DNA of 64,000 bases, from NCBI GenBank assembly GCA_963745125.1, contig CAVUWB010000002.1:249092-313091 (forward strand), written 5' to 3'. Positions within the stretch are counted from its first letter, which is position 1, and each line of letters opens with the position of its first letter. Made by a program: the position numbers and the translations under genes. The notes under the pieces were generated by a model. The model did not search any database and was not told where the DNA came from. It saw nothing but the letters and a program-made list of their open reading frames with translations. The stretch comes from an uncultured Pseudomonadota bacterium (GTDB taxonomy: Bacteria; Pseudomonadota; Alphaproteobacteria; Acetobacterales; Acetobacteraceae). Positions 9,071 through 19,332 of this stretch are shown here, in pieces.

Positions 9071-11884
9071 TCAGATCACCGCGCCCACAAGCTCGGCGGC
9101 GGCCTTCGCCGAAAGCGGCCTCGCGAAGAGGAAACCCTGAACCGCGTCCGCATCGGCGGCGAGAGCGATGTCCAGATGTGCCTCGGTCTCGATCCCCTCC
9201 ATCACGACCAGCATTCCGGCGGAGTGGGCAAGCATGACCATGGACCGTATGAACGTGATGGTGGTGGCGCTCCCCCCGGCGTCTTCAAGAAAGCTGCGGT
9301 CGAGTTTGACGATATCTGCGGGAAGGCGGCGAAGGTAGGAGAGGGACGAGTAGCCCGTGCCAAAATCGTCGACAGCCACGCGCACGCCGAGATTGCGAAC
9401 ATTGGCGAGAACGTAGGAGGCTGCGGCGTCGGTCAACATGCTCTCGGTCACTTCCAGGCACAATGCCGAGGCCGGGAAGCCCTCTGCCTCCAACATCTCC
9501 GCGAGGCTTGCGCAGAATTGCGGTTGCGCGAGTTGTGAGGCAGAGACGTTGACCGCCAGTTGAAAATCCGGATGCGGGCAGTTCTGCTGAAGAATGCGCC
9601 CCTCGCGCAGTGCTCTTGTTAGCACCCAATCGCCGAGCGGAAGGATGAGGCCGGATTTCTCGGCCAGGGGAATGAAGGAATTGGGCGCCATCCACCCCAG
9701 CCGTGGATGGCGCCAGCGCAACAGCGCCTCAAATCCCGCGAGCGCGCGCGTGCCGGAGACAATTGCGTAGACGGGCTGATAGACCAGAGCAAGCTGGTCG
9801 TCGCTGCTGAGCGCCTTGCGCAACTCGCGGTCCAGCTCGAACTGCCCGGTCGCCCGGTCGTGGAGTGACGCTTCGTAAAGCATCCAACGGTTGCCACCGC
9901 TTTGCTTCGCCGCGTACATCGCCATATCCGCCGCGCGAATCAGATCCCCTTCGAGCTGATCAGCTGTCGCGATGCCGATACTGGCGGAGAGGTAGCAGGG
10001 GCGGCCGTCGATCTGGAATGGCTCCTCGATGATCCGCCTGATACGATCGGCGATCGCGGTGAGTGTGCCCCGATCCAATCGCTCGTAGAGCAAAACGAAT
10101 TCGTCTCCACCGAGGCGCGCCACCATGTTGCCGAGCCCGGCACAGGGCAGCAGGCGTCGTGCGACCTCGACCAGCAGCCTGTCTCCGGCGGCGTGTCCCA
10201 GCGTGTCGTTCACAACCTTGAACCGGTCCAGGTCCAGAAAGAGCAAGGAGGTCGTGCTGTCGTGCTCGAACTCCGCCAGACGTTCGAGCAGCAGGCCGCG
10301 ATTGGGCAGCCCGGTCAGGCTGTCGTAGTATCGGAGGTTCGCGAGTTCCTCCTTTGTCCGCCGTGCTTTTTCCGCAGCGATCGCGCGCCGGAGTTCGTAT
10401 GCGATCGCTTCGTCGGCGGGCGACAAAGGGGCGGAGCGACCCCTTACGATCTCCTTCCATGCGGCAAAGGATGCACGCGGGGAAAGCCGCCCGCTATCCG
10501 CCTTGAGAGTGGCATGTTCGGCCGGGTTGCCGCCCCAGGTGACCGTTCGGGAGATCTCGGGCCGGAACCACAGGATCGCGTCGCCGGCGCCATGGTCGAG
10601 AGGCAGCAGCAGCGCGCCGCTGCCACGGCTCATGCAATCGGCCAGTTCCGGGTAACGGAGTGCGATGTCCTCTACTGCCAGAACATCGCCGCCGGCCGCG
10701 GCGGAGAGGATCTTCAGGGCACGTTCCGCCTTGGCATGCGGCGGTGTGGTCCCAAGGCTGATGAGCGTGCCGGACATGCGAACCAGCGCGCCGCCCGCAT
10801 CCACCAATTGAAGCAACTCGGATTCCGCGGCCGCGACAGTCTCAACGAGAGGCAAGCGCGATTCCAGGCGGCGGGTCAATGTCGCTAACCGGGCGACCCG
10901 TCCCAGACGCTCGGCCTGTATTTCCGCCTCGCCCAGGCGGGCCAGCAGGAGTGACATAACTTGGCCGATGGTCGCGGCGGCGGCGCGCAGCTCCGGGCCA
11001 GCCACGCGCGGCGTTGCATGGTGGCAGACGAGCATCCCCCAAAGCCTTGGCCCGTCCGCGAGGCCGATCGTCAGGCTCGCCGCCGTTTTCATGTTGCGCA
11101 TGTATTCGCGATGGACGGGTGAAACGCTACGCAGCGCGCTGTAAGTGAGGTCCAGCGGTGCCGCGCCCGCCAATGCCGGACCGACGAGAAGGGGGACGGG
11201 ATCGTAGCTCGAATCCGCGATCGCGCCGATCGGGTGGAGCAGGTATTGCCGCCGCGCCTGGGGCGGGATGTCGCTCGCCGGGTAGCAAAGCCCGAGATAG
11301 GGCGCCGCACCCTCCGCGCAGGCTTCCGCGATGACCTCACCATGGCCGTCCGGGCTGAAGCGGTAGGCCATGACGCGGTCATAACGGGTCATGGCCTTCA
11401 GCCCGCGCACGGCGAATTCACAGATTTCGCGGCTTCCTCTCGCTTTATTGAAACTCTCCAGAACCGCGCGCAGCACGGTGACGGGCGATCGCCGGTCGGG
11501 CGCTTTTCGTGCGGGCTCTATGTCGATGCAAATAACCTGGCCTGACCAATGCGCATGCAGGTTGAGCATATAGCCCTTTGAGCCATGCGGCCGGCGGATC
11601 GGCTCCAGGGGCGGCCCGCTCTGGCTTGCCGAGGCCAGAAGTGCGCGGCATGCGGTCTTGCCAATAGCGTGCTTGAGCGGGCGCCCGAGAACGTCCTCCG
11701 CCGCGATGCCGAGGATGGCGAGAAGGTTGGCGCTGGCATGGGTGACGAGCAGCCCGTCCACATCTGCGGCGATGACGGCGCCGTGTGGTTGGATTGCGCC
11801 CGGAATATGGATCGGCTCCCGCTCACAAAGAGACAGGTCAAGCTCCTGCCGGGCGGTGAGCGGCAGCTCAGCGCGCTCGCTCAT
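9071..11884 (-). CDS. Bacteriophytochrome with GGDEF and EAL outputs (PAS-GAF-PHY-GGDEF-EAL)
   Basis: LSLCEREPIHIPGAIQPHG (biliverdin Cys), YDRVMAYRF, PASDIP, SPVHREY, WFRPE, PRASF; RLGGDEF; EALLRW, DDFGTGYSS, EGIET, QGFLF. Confidence 0.93.
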   Translation of the reverse strand: MSERAELPLTARQELDLSLCEREPIHIPGAIQPHGAVIAADVDGLLVTHASANLLAILGIAAEDVLGRPLKHAIGKTACRALLASASQSGPPLEPIRRPHGSKGYMLNLHAHWSGQVICIDIEPARKAPDRRSPVTVLRAVLESFNKARGSREICEFAVRGLKAMTRYDRVMAYRFSPDGHGEVIAEACAEGAAPYLGLCYPASDIPPQARRQYLLHPIGAIADSSYDPVPLLVGPALAGAAPLDLTYSALRSVSPVHREYMRNMKTAASLTIGLADGPRLWGMLVCHHATPRVAGPELRAAAATIGQVMSLLLARLGEAEIQAERLGRVARLATLTRRLESRLPLVETVAAAESELLQLVDAGGALVRMSGTLISLGTTPPHAKAERALKILSAAAGGDVLAVEDIALRYPELADCMSRGSGALLLPLDHGAGDAILWFRPEISRTVTWGGNPAEHATLKADSGRLSPRASFAAWKEIVRGRSAPLSPADEAIAYELRRAIAAEKARRTKEELANLRYYDSLTGLPNRGLLLERLAEFEHDSTTSLLFLDLDRFKVVNDTLGHAAGDRLLVEVARRLLPCAGLGNMVARLGGDEFVLLYERLDRGTLTAIADRIRRIIEEPFQIDGRPCYLSASIGIATADQLEGDLIRAADMAMYAAKQSGGNRWMLYEASLHDRATGQFELDRELRKALSSDDQLALVYQPVYAIVSGTRALAGFEALLRWRHPRLGWMAPNSFIPLAEKSGLILPLGDWVLTRALREGRILQQNCPHPDFQLAVNVSASQLAQPQFCASLAEMLEAEGFPASALCLEVTESMLTDAAASYVLANVRNLGVRVAVDDFGTGYSSLSYLRRLPADIVKLDRSFLEDAGGSATTITFIRSMVMLAHSAGMLVVMEGIETEAHLDIALAADADAVQGFLFARPLSAKAAAELVGAVI

Positions 11885-12266
11885 CGCGGTGTCATGAGAG
11901 GTCTGAGCAAAGTAGGATCAATCACACAATGTAAAATCTTTCTGTTATAATATTCTAAGTCGGGAAATGGTCGTTTCTTCCTTTATTCAAATCCACTTGA
12001 ACATTACCCTGCGAGGACGGGCGGCCGAAGAGAGGTATCGATGCATACATATGACAAAGTCTGTAACCAGGAAACGATCTTTCGCTTCCAAAAAATCCCC
12101 GGTGGCAATGTCGCGGCCTTTGCACTTCAAGGATAACGATGGGGCCGCGCGGCAGCCCACCTTACAGGGGCGCGGTGAGCGCTCTCAGCAGCGAAAATGG
12201 AGTATTTCGTGCCTTTTACGGGTGTAATAGGAAGAAATAACTCTCCAGCTATGGCCCAGAACTCCC

Positions 12267-13964
12267 GTGTCGGCGGCATCCTCGGCCGAGGAGTTGTTCG
12301 CGCGCTGTCTGAGGGAGTCACGGTTAGGTGACATGGACGTGGCTGCGGCGACCGCGAAGCTGATCATCGGCGGCTCGCCTCGCGAGGCAAGCGCGGAACT
12401 ACGGCTCGATGCGCGGCTGCGGCTGATATGGATCGAGTTTCAAAACGGGCAGAATGCGGCCGCCCGTGAAACCTCGGAAGCGGCCATAGCCGAGGCCTGC
12501 GCGATCGGGGACCGTGCGCGAGAATCGATCGCGCGATCGCTCTATGCCCGCGTGCTCGCGGAAGGCGCCGATGGTCAGGCGGCCGCCAATGAGGTGGTCG
12601 CGGCCCTCAAATTGGCCTGCGCCGTCGACGATGCGCTCGCCCATTCGATCGCTTGCGGCAATCTCTCCCGTCTTTGCGCACGCCAGGGCCTGTATGAGAC
12701 GGCGGTGGATTTGGCCCGGCAGGCGGTCGAGCAGGCCGAACGCTCGCGCGACGCGGAGGCGATCGCTCTCGCGATCTCCAACTACGGCTCTCTGCACGCG
12801 GATTACCTGTACCGCTATCGCCCCGCTTCGGAGGCGCAGAGAAAGGACTATCTGACGATCGCCATCAACGAGAGTCGCCGTGCCGTTCTCATCGCCCGGG
12901 CTCACGGGGATGGGGAGATGCAGCGCCGCGCGGGCTATAATCTGAGCGAGTTCCTTCTCACCAGCGGCGATTTGCCCGGGGCGGAGGCGGCGATGCAGGA
13001 GACCGATGCCGCGGTGGGCACGCCCTCCCGTCGTGCGCGGGTCCATGGGGGGCATGCGAAGGCGCTTCTACTATTGGGACAAGGCAACCCCGGGGCGCTT
13101 GCGGCGCTCGAAGAAAATCTTGAGCGATGCCTGGCCTATCCGTTCCCGCAACTCGCGATGTTCGCCTCCGAACACCGCTCCCGTCTGCTGGCCGAGGCAG
13201 GCCGCTATCGGGAGGCTTATGAGGAGCATCGGCGCTTCCATGAACTGTTCAAGCGCCACAGCCGGCAGGATCAAAGCTGGCATGTGCAGTATCGCATCAT
13301 TCTGCATCAGATCGAGGAAATGCGGTCGCTTGCCTCGGTTGAAAGTGCCCGAGCCGAGCGGCTGGCTTTGGAACATGAAAGCCTCAGTTCCGAGGCAAAG
13401 CGGCTGTCCCGTGAATTGCTTGAGGATGCGCTGACGGGGCTCGCCAATCGGCGCCGGCTCGATCAGTTGCTGGCGGAATTGGGGGTGGCCGGCATGCCTT
13501 ATGCGATCGCGATTTTGGATCTCGATCACTTCAAGCATGTGAATGACAGGTTCTCGCACGCGGTCGGCGACCGCGTTCTTCGCGAAGTGGCAGACATACT
13601 AGGCATCGTTTTGGAAGAGCAGGAGCGGCTGAGCGTCCGGCTCGCGGTAAGGCTGGGCGGGGAGGAGTTCGCCATCGCACTGGCATCCGCGGGCGCGGTC
13701 ATCACCATGGCCGAGGCGCGGGCGATCTGCGAGGCGGCGCGGCGGGCGATCGCCACCCATCGCTGGGAAGCGATCGGCCTCGGGCTGCGGGTGACGGCGA
13801 GCCTGGGCCTTGCGACGTTCGAAGAGGCACCGGACGCGGTGGGGCGGATGTGGATCGCCGATGCCCGGCTGTATGATGCGAAGCACGGCGGCCGGGATCG
13901 CGTCGTGTCAGACGATGCGGGCCGGGCCTCGCGCTTGTCGGATTTCGCCCGACCCCGTGCATGA
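12267..13964 (+). CDS. Diguanylate cyclase with helical (TPR-like) N-terminus
   Basis: DALTGLANRR, DLDHFKHVND, RLGGEEF, LYDAKHGGRD; long Ala-rich helical N-terminus. Confidence 0.88.
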   Translation: MSAASSAEELFARCLRESRLGDMDVAAATAKLIIGGSPREASAELRLDARLRLIWIEFQNGQNAAARETSEAAIAEACAIGDRARESIARSLYARVLAEGADGQAAANEVVAALKLACAVDDALAHSIACGNLSRLCARQGLYETAVDLARQAVEQAERSRDAEAIALAISNYGSLHADYLYRYRPASEAQRKDYLTIAINESRRAVLIARAHGDGEMQRRAGYNLSEFLLTSGDLPGAEAAMQETDAAVGTPSRRARVHGGHAKALLLLGQGNPGALAALEENLERCLAYPFPQLAMFASEHRSRLLAEAGRYREAYEEHRRFHELFKRHSRQDQSWHVQYRIILHQIEEMRSLASVESARAERLALEHESLSSEAKRLSRELLEDALTGLANRRRLDQLLAELGVAGMPYAIAILDLDHFKHVNDRFSHAVGDRVLREVADILGIVLEEQERLSVRLAVRLGGEEFAIALASAGAVITMAEARAICEAARRAIATHRWEAIGLGLRVTASLGLATFEEAPDAVGRMWIADARLYDAKHGGRDRVVSDDAGRASRLSDFARPRA

Positions 13965-14092
13965 ACGCACCGGCCGAAGCCCAGCGTTCCGAGCAGGGGT
14001 GATCGGCCGCCGCCGGACGCGGCCACCATCTTGCCCGCCGAATTGCGGTACACTATCTCCCAGGAACAAGCGTGATTTCGCCAAGCCAGGAC

Positions 14093-14638
14093 ATGTTCTT
14101 GGATAGTAAGGGGGCGACCTTGGATGCTCGGTGCGATTGCTATTGCCTGCGTCAGGCCACGCGCCGGGTCACCCAGCTCTATGACCGCGCGCTCGCGCCG
14201 CTGGGTCTCCGTTCGACCCAATATACACTGCTGAGCGAGATTGAACGGCTTGGCCCCATTTCCCTGATCCCCCTGGCCGAAGCCATGGTGATGGACCGGG
14301 CAACGCTCGGCCATAACATCCGGCCGCTGGAGGCGCGCGGCCTCATCACGATTGAGATTGGGCAGGATCGCCGCAGCCGGGAAGTGTCGCTCACCCGGCC
14401 GGGCAAGGATCTGCTGGCAAAGGGAGCGCAGCTTTGGCGCCATGCCCAGCAAAGCTTCGAGCAGGCGATCGGCCGGGATGAGGCGGCCCAGCTGAGAGCG
14501 GATCTTCAGCGGGTCGCCACGGCCGATTTTCGCGAAGTCCTGAGAGGCGGGGCCTTTCCGCTTACGCTGGCACCTTCTCCCGCTGCACAGCCTTCCGGAC
14601 CCCGATGCTCCGAACGATCGTGTAGAAGGCGGGGGTAA
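14093..14638 (+). CDS. MarR family transcriptional regulator
   Basis: CYCLRQATRRVTQLYD, MDRATL, DRRSREVSLT wing; C-terminal tail overlaps the convergent RND gene. Confidence 0.88.
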   Translation: MFLDSKGATLDARCDCYCLRQATRRVTQLYDRALAPLGLRSTQYTLLSEIERLGPISLIPLAEAMVMDRATLGHNIRPLEARGLITIEIGQDRRSREVSLTRPGKDLLAKGAQLWRHAQQSFEQAIGRDEAAQLRADLQRVATADFREVLRGGAFPLTLAPSPAAQPSGPRCSERSCRRRG

Positions 14639-17600
14639 AGAGCAGCCCGAAGCCGGTCACGCCCAGCATGCCGAAGAAGACCGCGGTGCCGAGCGATTGG
14701 CGCATTTCGGCGCCCGCGCCCGTCGCGACCACCAGCGGCGCCACGCCGAGGATGAAGGCGAAGGAGGTCATCAGGATGGGGCGAAGGCGCGTCCGCGCCG
14801 CATGCACGGCGGCGTTTGCGGCGGTCGCTCCCTCCTCCTCGGCCTGGCGCGCGAATTCCACGATCAGGATCGCGTTCTTCGCGGCAAGACCGACCAACAC
14901 CACGAAGCCGATCTGAGCCAGGATGTCGATCGGCATGCCGCGCAACAGCAGGCCGCTGACCGATGCCAGCAGGCACATCGGCACGATGAGGATCACCGCC
15001 AGCGGCAGTTTCCAGCTCTCATACTGCGCCGCGAGAACGAGAAAGACGAAGAGCGCGGCGGCGGCGAAGACGAGAAGCGTCGGCGTGCCCTTCTGCTCCT
15101 GCTGGAAGGCGAGGTCCGTCCACTCGAACCCGATGCCGGATGGCAGCACCTGATGCGCGAGCTGTTCCATCCGCGTGAGCGCGGTGCCGGTGGCGACGCC
15201 CGGTGCGGCGGTGCCCATGACCTCGGCCGCGGGGAAAAGGTCATAGCGCGGCACGCGATACGGGCCGGTCGTGTGCTCAAAATGCGCGACCGTGCTGATC
15301 GGGACCATCTGGCCGGCGGCGTTGCGGACTTCCAACTGGCTGATGTCGCCGACATTGGTGCGGAACCGGCCGTCCGCCTGGGCGATCACCTCATAGGTGC
15401 GGCCCAGATAGTTGAAGTCGTTGACGTATTGCGAGCCCAGATAGATTTGCAGCGTGTCGAAGATATCGGTGGGCGTCAGCCCGACCTTCTCCGCCTTCTC
15501 GCGATCGATGTCGAGATAGACGGAGGGTGTGCGGGTGCTGAACAGGGTGAAGACGCCCGCGAAATGCGGGTCCGCGTTGGCGGCGGCGACCAGCGTCTGC
15601 GCGGCCTTTGCCAGCGCATCCGGCCCTAGCCCCGCTCGGTCTTGCAGCATCATCTTGAAGCCGCCGGCACTGCCGAGGCCCGGCACCGGCGGCGGCGGGA
15701 TGGTCAGCACGAAGGCCCCCTGGATGACGGAGAGGCGCTGGCGGAGATCGGCGAGCACCGTCGCGGCCGTGACACCCGGCAGGCTGTGATTGTAGAGCGA
15801 GGGTAGGCCGCTGAAGATCGTGCCGGCGTTGGAGGCGACCGTGAAGGTTGTCGCATCAAGGCCGGCGAACGGCGCCACATGCTCGATCCCGCGTGTCTTC
15901 AGAATGATGTCCGTCGCCTGCTTCACCACCGCTTCCGTGCGATCCAGCGTCGCACCCGCCGGCAACTGCACCACCGTGATCAGATAGCCCTGATCCTGCT
16001 CCGGGATGAAGCCCGTGGGCGCGCGGGAGAACTGGAATGCCGCGAGGCCGATCAGGCCGATATAGACGGCAAGCACAAGGCCCAGCATCCGCACAAGGCG
16101 CGCGGTGAGCCGGCCGTAATCATCCGACAGCCGCTCGAACCCCCGATTGAACGCCGCGAAACCGCCCCGCACCAGCCGCACGGCGATCGTCTGCCGCTGC
16201 TTGTCTTGAAGCTGGTGCGGCTTGAACAACACCGCGCAGAGCGCCGGGCTCAGCGTCAGCGAGACGAGGCAGGAGATGACGGTAGAGGCCGAGATCGTCA
16301 CCGCGAACTGGCGGAAGAACTCGCCGGAGATGCCGGAGAGGAAGGCCGACGGCACGAAGACGGCGCAGAGCGCGATGGCGATCGCGATGAGCGCGCCGCC
16401 CACCTCATCCATCGTCCGATGCGCGGCCTCCTTCGGCGTCATGCCGAGGCGGAGGTTACGCTCGACATTCTCGACCACGACGATCGCGTCATCTACGACG
16501 ATGCCGACCGCGAGCACGAGGCCGAAGAGCGACAGGTTGTTGAGCGATATGCCGACCGCTTCCAGGATGACGAAGGTGCCGATGAGCGAGACCGGAATGG
16601 CGATGACCGGGATCAGCGACGCGCGCCAGGTTTGCAGAAAGACGATGACGACGCAGACGACCAGAAGGATCGCGATGAAGATGGTCTTGATCACCTCATC
16701 GACGGATTTGGCGACGAAGATCGTGGGGTTATAGATCACGCGATAGCTGACGCCGGGCGGAAAGCTTTGCGCCAGCGTCTGCATCGTCGTCAGCACCTCA
16801 TGGGCGACTTGCAGCGAGTTGGCACCCGGCTGCGAAAAGATCAGCAGAGGCAGACCGTCCAGCCGGTCCATATAGGCGGCGGAGCCATAATCGGCGGCGC
16901 CGATCTCGACGCGGCCGATATCCCGCAGGCGCGTGACGCGGCCCTCGCTGTCGGACTTGATGAGGATATTCGCGAATTGCTCCGGCGTGGAAAGCCGGCC
17001 CAGCGTCTGCACATTGAGCTGGAATGCCTCATGCGTCGCGACCGGCGGCTGGTTGAGGATACCGGCGGAAACCTGCACGTTCTGCGCGCGGATCGCCGCC
17101 AGAACCTCGCTTGCGTCGAGGTTGCGCGCCGCGATCTTGTCAGGGTCGAGCCAGATACGCATCGCGTAGTCGCGCCCGCCGAAAAGCTGCACGTCACCCA
17201 CGCCCTGAAGCCGGGCAAGGCTGTCCTTCACATGCAGCGTTGCATAGTTCGAGAGGTAGAGTTCGCTGCGCGACTGATCGGGCGAGATCAGATGAACGGC
17301 GAGCAGGATGTTCGGCGTGGATTTCCGCACCTGAACGCCCAGCTGCTGCACGTCAGCGGGCAGTCGCGGCAGGGCATCCTCGACCCGGTTTTGCGTCAGC
17401 ATCTGCGCCACGTTGAGGTCGGTGCCGATGCGGAAGGTGACGGTGATGGTGAGCTTGCCGTCGCCCGTCGATTGGCTGCTCATATAGAGCATGTTCTCGA
17501 CACCGTTGACCTCCTGCTCGATCGGGGTCGCCACCGTATCGGCGACGACCTCGGCCGAGGCGCCGGGATAGGAAGTCGTGATCTGCACGGTGGGCGGCAC

Positions 17601-17720
17601 GATCTCGGGGTATTGGGCGATGGGCAGGATCGCCAGCGCGCCGAGGCCGATCAGCGTCAGGAAGACGCTGAGGACGGTCGCGAGGATTGGCCTGTCAATG
17701 AAGACGTGCGTGAGGCGCAT
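14562..17720 (-). CDS. RND efflux permease (AcrB/MexF-like)
   Basis: 1052 aa; GIVVDDAIVVVENVER, KNAILIVEFA, RLRPILMTS. Confidence 0.96.
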   Translation of the reverse strand: MRLTHVFIDRPILATVLSVFLTLIGLGALAILPIAQYPEIVPPTVQITTSYPGASAEVVADTVATPIEQEVNGVENMLYMSSQSTGDGKLTITVTFRIGTDLNVAQMLTQNRVEDALPRLPADVQQLGVQVRKSTPNILLAVHLISPDQSRSELYLSNYATLHVKDSLARLQGVGDVQLFGGRDYAMRIWLDPDKIAARNLDASEVLAAIRAQNVQVSAGILNQPPVATHEAFQLNVQTLGRLSTPEQFANILIKSDSEGRVTRLRDIGRVEIGAADYGSAAYMDRLDGLPLLIFSQPGANSLQVAHEVLTTMQTLAQSFPPGVSYRVIYNPTIFVAKSVDEVIKTIFIAILLVVCVVIVFLQTWRASLIPVIAIPVSLIGTFVILEAVGISLNNLSLFGLVLAVGIVVDDAIVVVENVERNLRLGMTPKEAAHRTMDEVGGALIAIAIALCAVFVPSAFLSGISGEFFRQFAVTISASTVISCLVSLTLSPALCAVLFKPHQLQDKQRQTIAVRLVRGGFAAFNRGFERLSDDYGRLTARLVRMLGLVLAVYIGLIGLAAFQFSRAPTGFIPEQDQGYLITVVQLPAGATLDRTEAVVKQATDIILKTRGIEHVAPFAGLDATTFTVASNAGTIFSGLPSLYNHSLPGVTAATVLADLRQRLSVIQGAFVLTIPPPPVPGLGSAGGFKMMLQDRAGLGPDALAKAAQTLVAAANADPHFAGVFTLFSTRTPSVYLDIDREKAEKVGLTPTDIFDTLQIYLGSQYVNDFNYLGRTYEVIAQADGRFRTNVGDISQLEVRNAAGQMVPISTVAHFEHTTGPYRVPRYDLFPAAEVMGTAAPGVATGTALTRMEQLAHQVLPSGIGFEWTDLAFQQEQKGTPTLLVFAAAALFVFLVLAAQYESWKLPLAVILIVPMCLLASVSGLLLRGMPIDILAQIGFVVLVGLAAKNAILIVEFARQAEEEGATAANAAVHAARTRLRPILMTSFAFILGVAPLVVATGAGAEMRQSLGTAVFFGMLGVTGFGLLFTPAFYTIVRSIGVRKAVQREKVPA

Positions 17721-17767
17721 GGTGGAAGTCCTTGGGAACTTCAGGAGAGAGACGGGCGCGGGCGTGC

Positions 17768-19024
17768 TTAGTCTTGCGCGTCGGCCGCCGGGTCGAAGGC
17801 GATCGTGCCGGCCTGGGCCGTCACTTTCGTTCCGGGCATGGCGTGCATGAGGCCGTCGATGATGACCCGATCCGTCTGCGCGAGGCCCGAGCGGATGACA
17901 CGCAGGCCACCGCTGAGATCACCGATCTCGACGATCTTCGGCACCACGGTCCCGTCAGGGGCGACGGTCATGACGAGATCCTGCGATTGATCGGGGATGA
18001 CGGCGGCATCGGGGATCAGCAGTGCGGGTGAGGGCGGCGCGATCGCGAGGCGCACACGCGCGAATTCCCCCGGCACCAGAAGCAAGTTCGGATTGTCGAT
18101 GGTGGCGCGCGCCAGAATGGTGCCGCTCGACGAATCTATTGTATTATCAATGAAGTCGAGTGTGCCGTGGCCGTTGAAACGGCCGTCATCGCCGAGGCTG
18201 AAATCAACGCGGCTCGACAGCGGGCCGGGGTTGTTTGCCCGCGCCTCAGTGAAGGCGAGGTAATCGGACTCGCTCAGATGGAAGTTGAGATAGATCGGGT
18301 TGAGCGAGACGAGGGTGGCGAGCAGCGTCGTGCCGCTGGTGCCGCCCCGGCTGCCGGTGACGAGGCTGCCGACAGAGACCTGATGCGCGCCGATCCGGCC
18401 CGTGAACGGCGCGGTGACATGCGCATAGTCGATGTCGAGTTCCGAATCCGCGAGTTGGGATTGGGCCTGCGCCAGGCTTGCTTCCGCCGCTCGCTGGTCC
18501 GACGTCCGCTGATCGAGATTCTCCGTCGTGCCGAACTGGGTGTTCTTGAGCTGCTGCGCGCGCCACAGCTCCGTGCCGGAAAAGGCAAGCCTCGCCTCCA
18601 CGCTTTGGATCTGCGCCTGCTGCTCCGCTGCCTTGATCGCATAGGGGCGCGGATCAATCAGGAAGAGCAGCTCGCCCTGATGGACGATGTCGCCATCCTT
18701 GAAATCGATCTGCGTCAGCGTGCCGCCGACTTGCGGCCGCAACTCCACCCGGTCGACGGCCGCGAATTGGCCGAGAAAACCGGCCCATTGCCCCACATCG
18801 CGGCGAAGCGGCGTGCTGACGGTGACGAGTGGTGGGGCCGGCGGTGGCGGCGCCGCGCTCGCGCCGCCTTGCCTCATCGTGGCCCATACGCCCCCGATCG
18901 CGAGTGCCGCGACCAGGAGAACGCCGAGACGTGGCGCGCTGAAAAGCCGGCGCGGGCGCACGCTTTCGCGAGCGATCGCGCCCGCCAGGGGGGGGACTGA
19001 GTCCGATTCCGAGATTTTGGTCAT
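17768..19024 (-). CDS. RND periplasmic adaptor (membrane fusion protein)
   Basis: N-terminal TM, VELRPQVGG, IDPRPY, APFTGRIG, DNTIDSSSGTI; directly upstream of the RND permease. Confidence 0.93.
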   Translation of the reverse strand: MTKISESDSVPPLAGAIARESVRPRRLFSAPRLGVLLVAALAIGGVWATMRQGGASAAPPPPAPPLVTVSTPLRRDVGQWAGFLGQFAAVDRVELRPQVGGTLTQIDFKDGDIVHQGELLFLIDPRPYAIKAAEQQAQIQSVEARLAFSGTELWRAQQLKNTQFGTTENLDQRTSDQRAAEASLAQAQSQLADSELDIDYAHVTAPFTGRIGAHQVSVGSLVTGSRGGTSGTTLLATLVSLNPIYLNFHLSESDYLAFTEARANNPGPLSSRVDFSLGDDGRFNGHGTLDFIDNTIDSSSGTILARATIDNPNLLLVPGEFARVRLAIAPPSPALLIPDAAVIPDQSQDLVMTVAPDGTVVPKIVEIGDLSGGLRVIRSGLAQTDRVIIDGLMHAMPGTKVTAQAGTIAFDPAADAQD

Positions 19025-19332
19025 GCTGTCCGTTACCGTGGATCACTGCGGGGGCATTTTCCCGCTCGGAGCGCCTTTGCCCATTATGGGCATATAAGCG
19101 CAATCTGCAAGAAGCCTCTGGCTGGAGAATTTTGCTGGCGGAGACCGCGTCAAACCAGCGGATGTTGATGAGAAAAGAGCGCGGTTGCAGGAGTTACGAG
19201 GGTTGTTCCAGCGTAATCGAGCGGGCAACGGTTTGTAACAAAGGCCCGGGCGCGCCGCTCCGGGCATATGCACATATCACATAGTCGGGAAACGTATGGG
19301 GTTCGGCTAAGCGCCGCTGACGGCGGGCGCTT

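Noticed and set aside
11952-12266. c-di-GMP riboswitch in the long leader of the diguanylate cyclase
   Set aside because: No GEMM-like GGAAA/GCAAA and tetraloop-receptor architecture could be recognised.
15879-17771. Long antisense ORFs (630 aa here; also 47385-49376, 28406-29923, 57222-58862)
   Set aside because: Shadows of real genes on the opposite strand in high-GC DNA; Arg/Ala/Gly-rich with no recognisable motifs.
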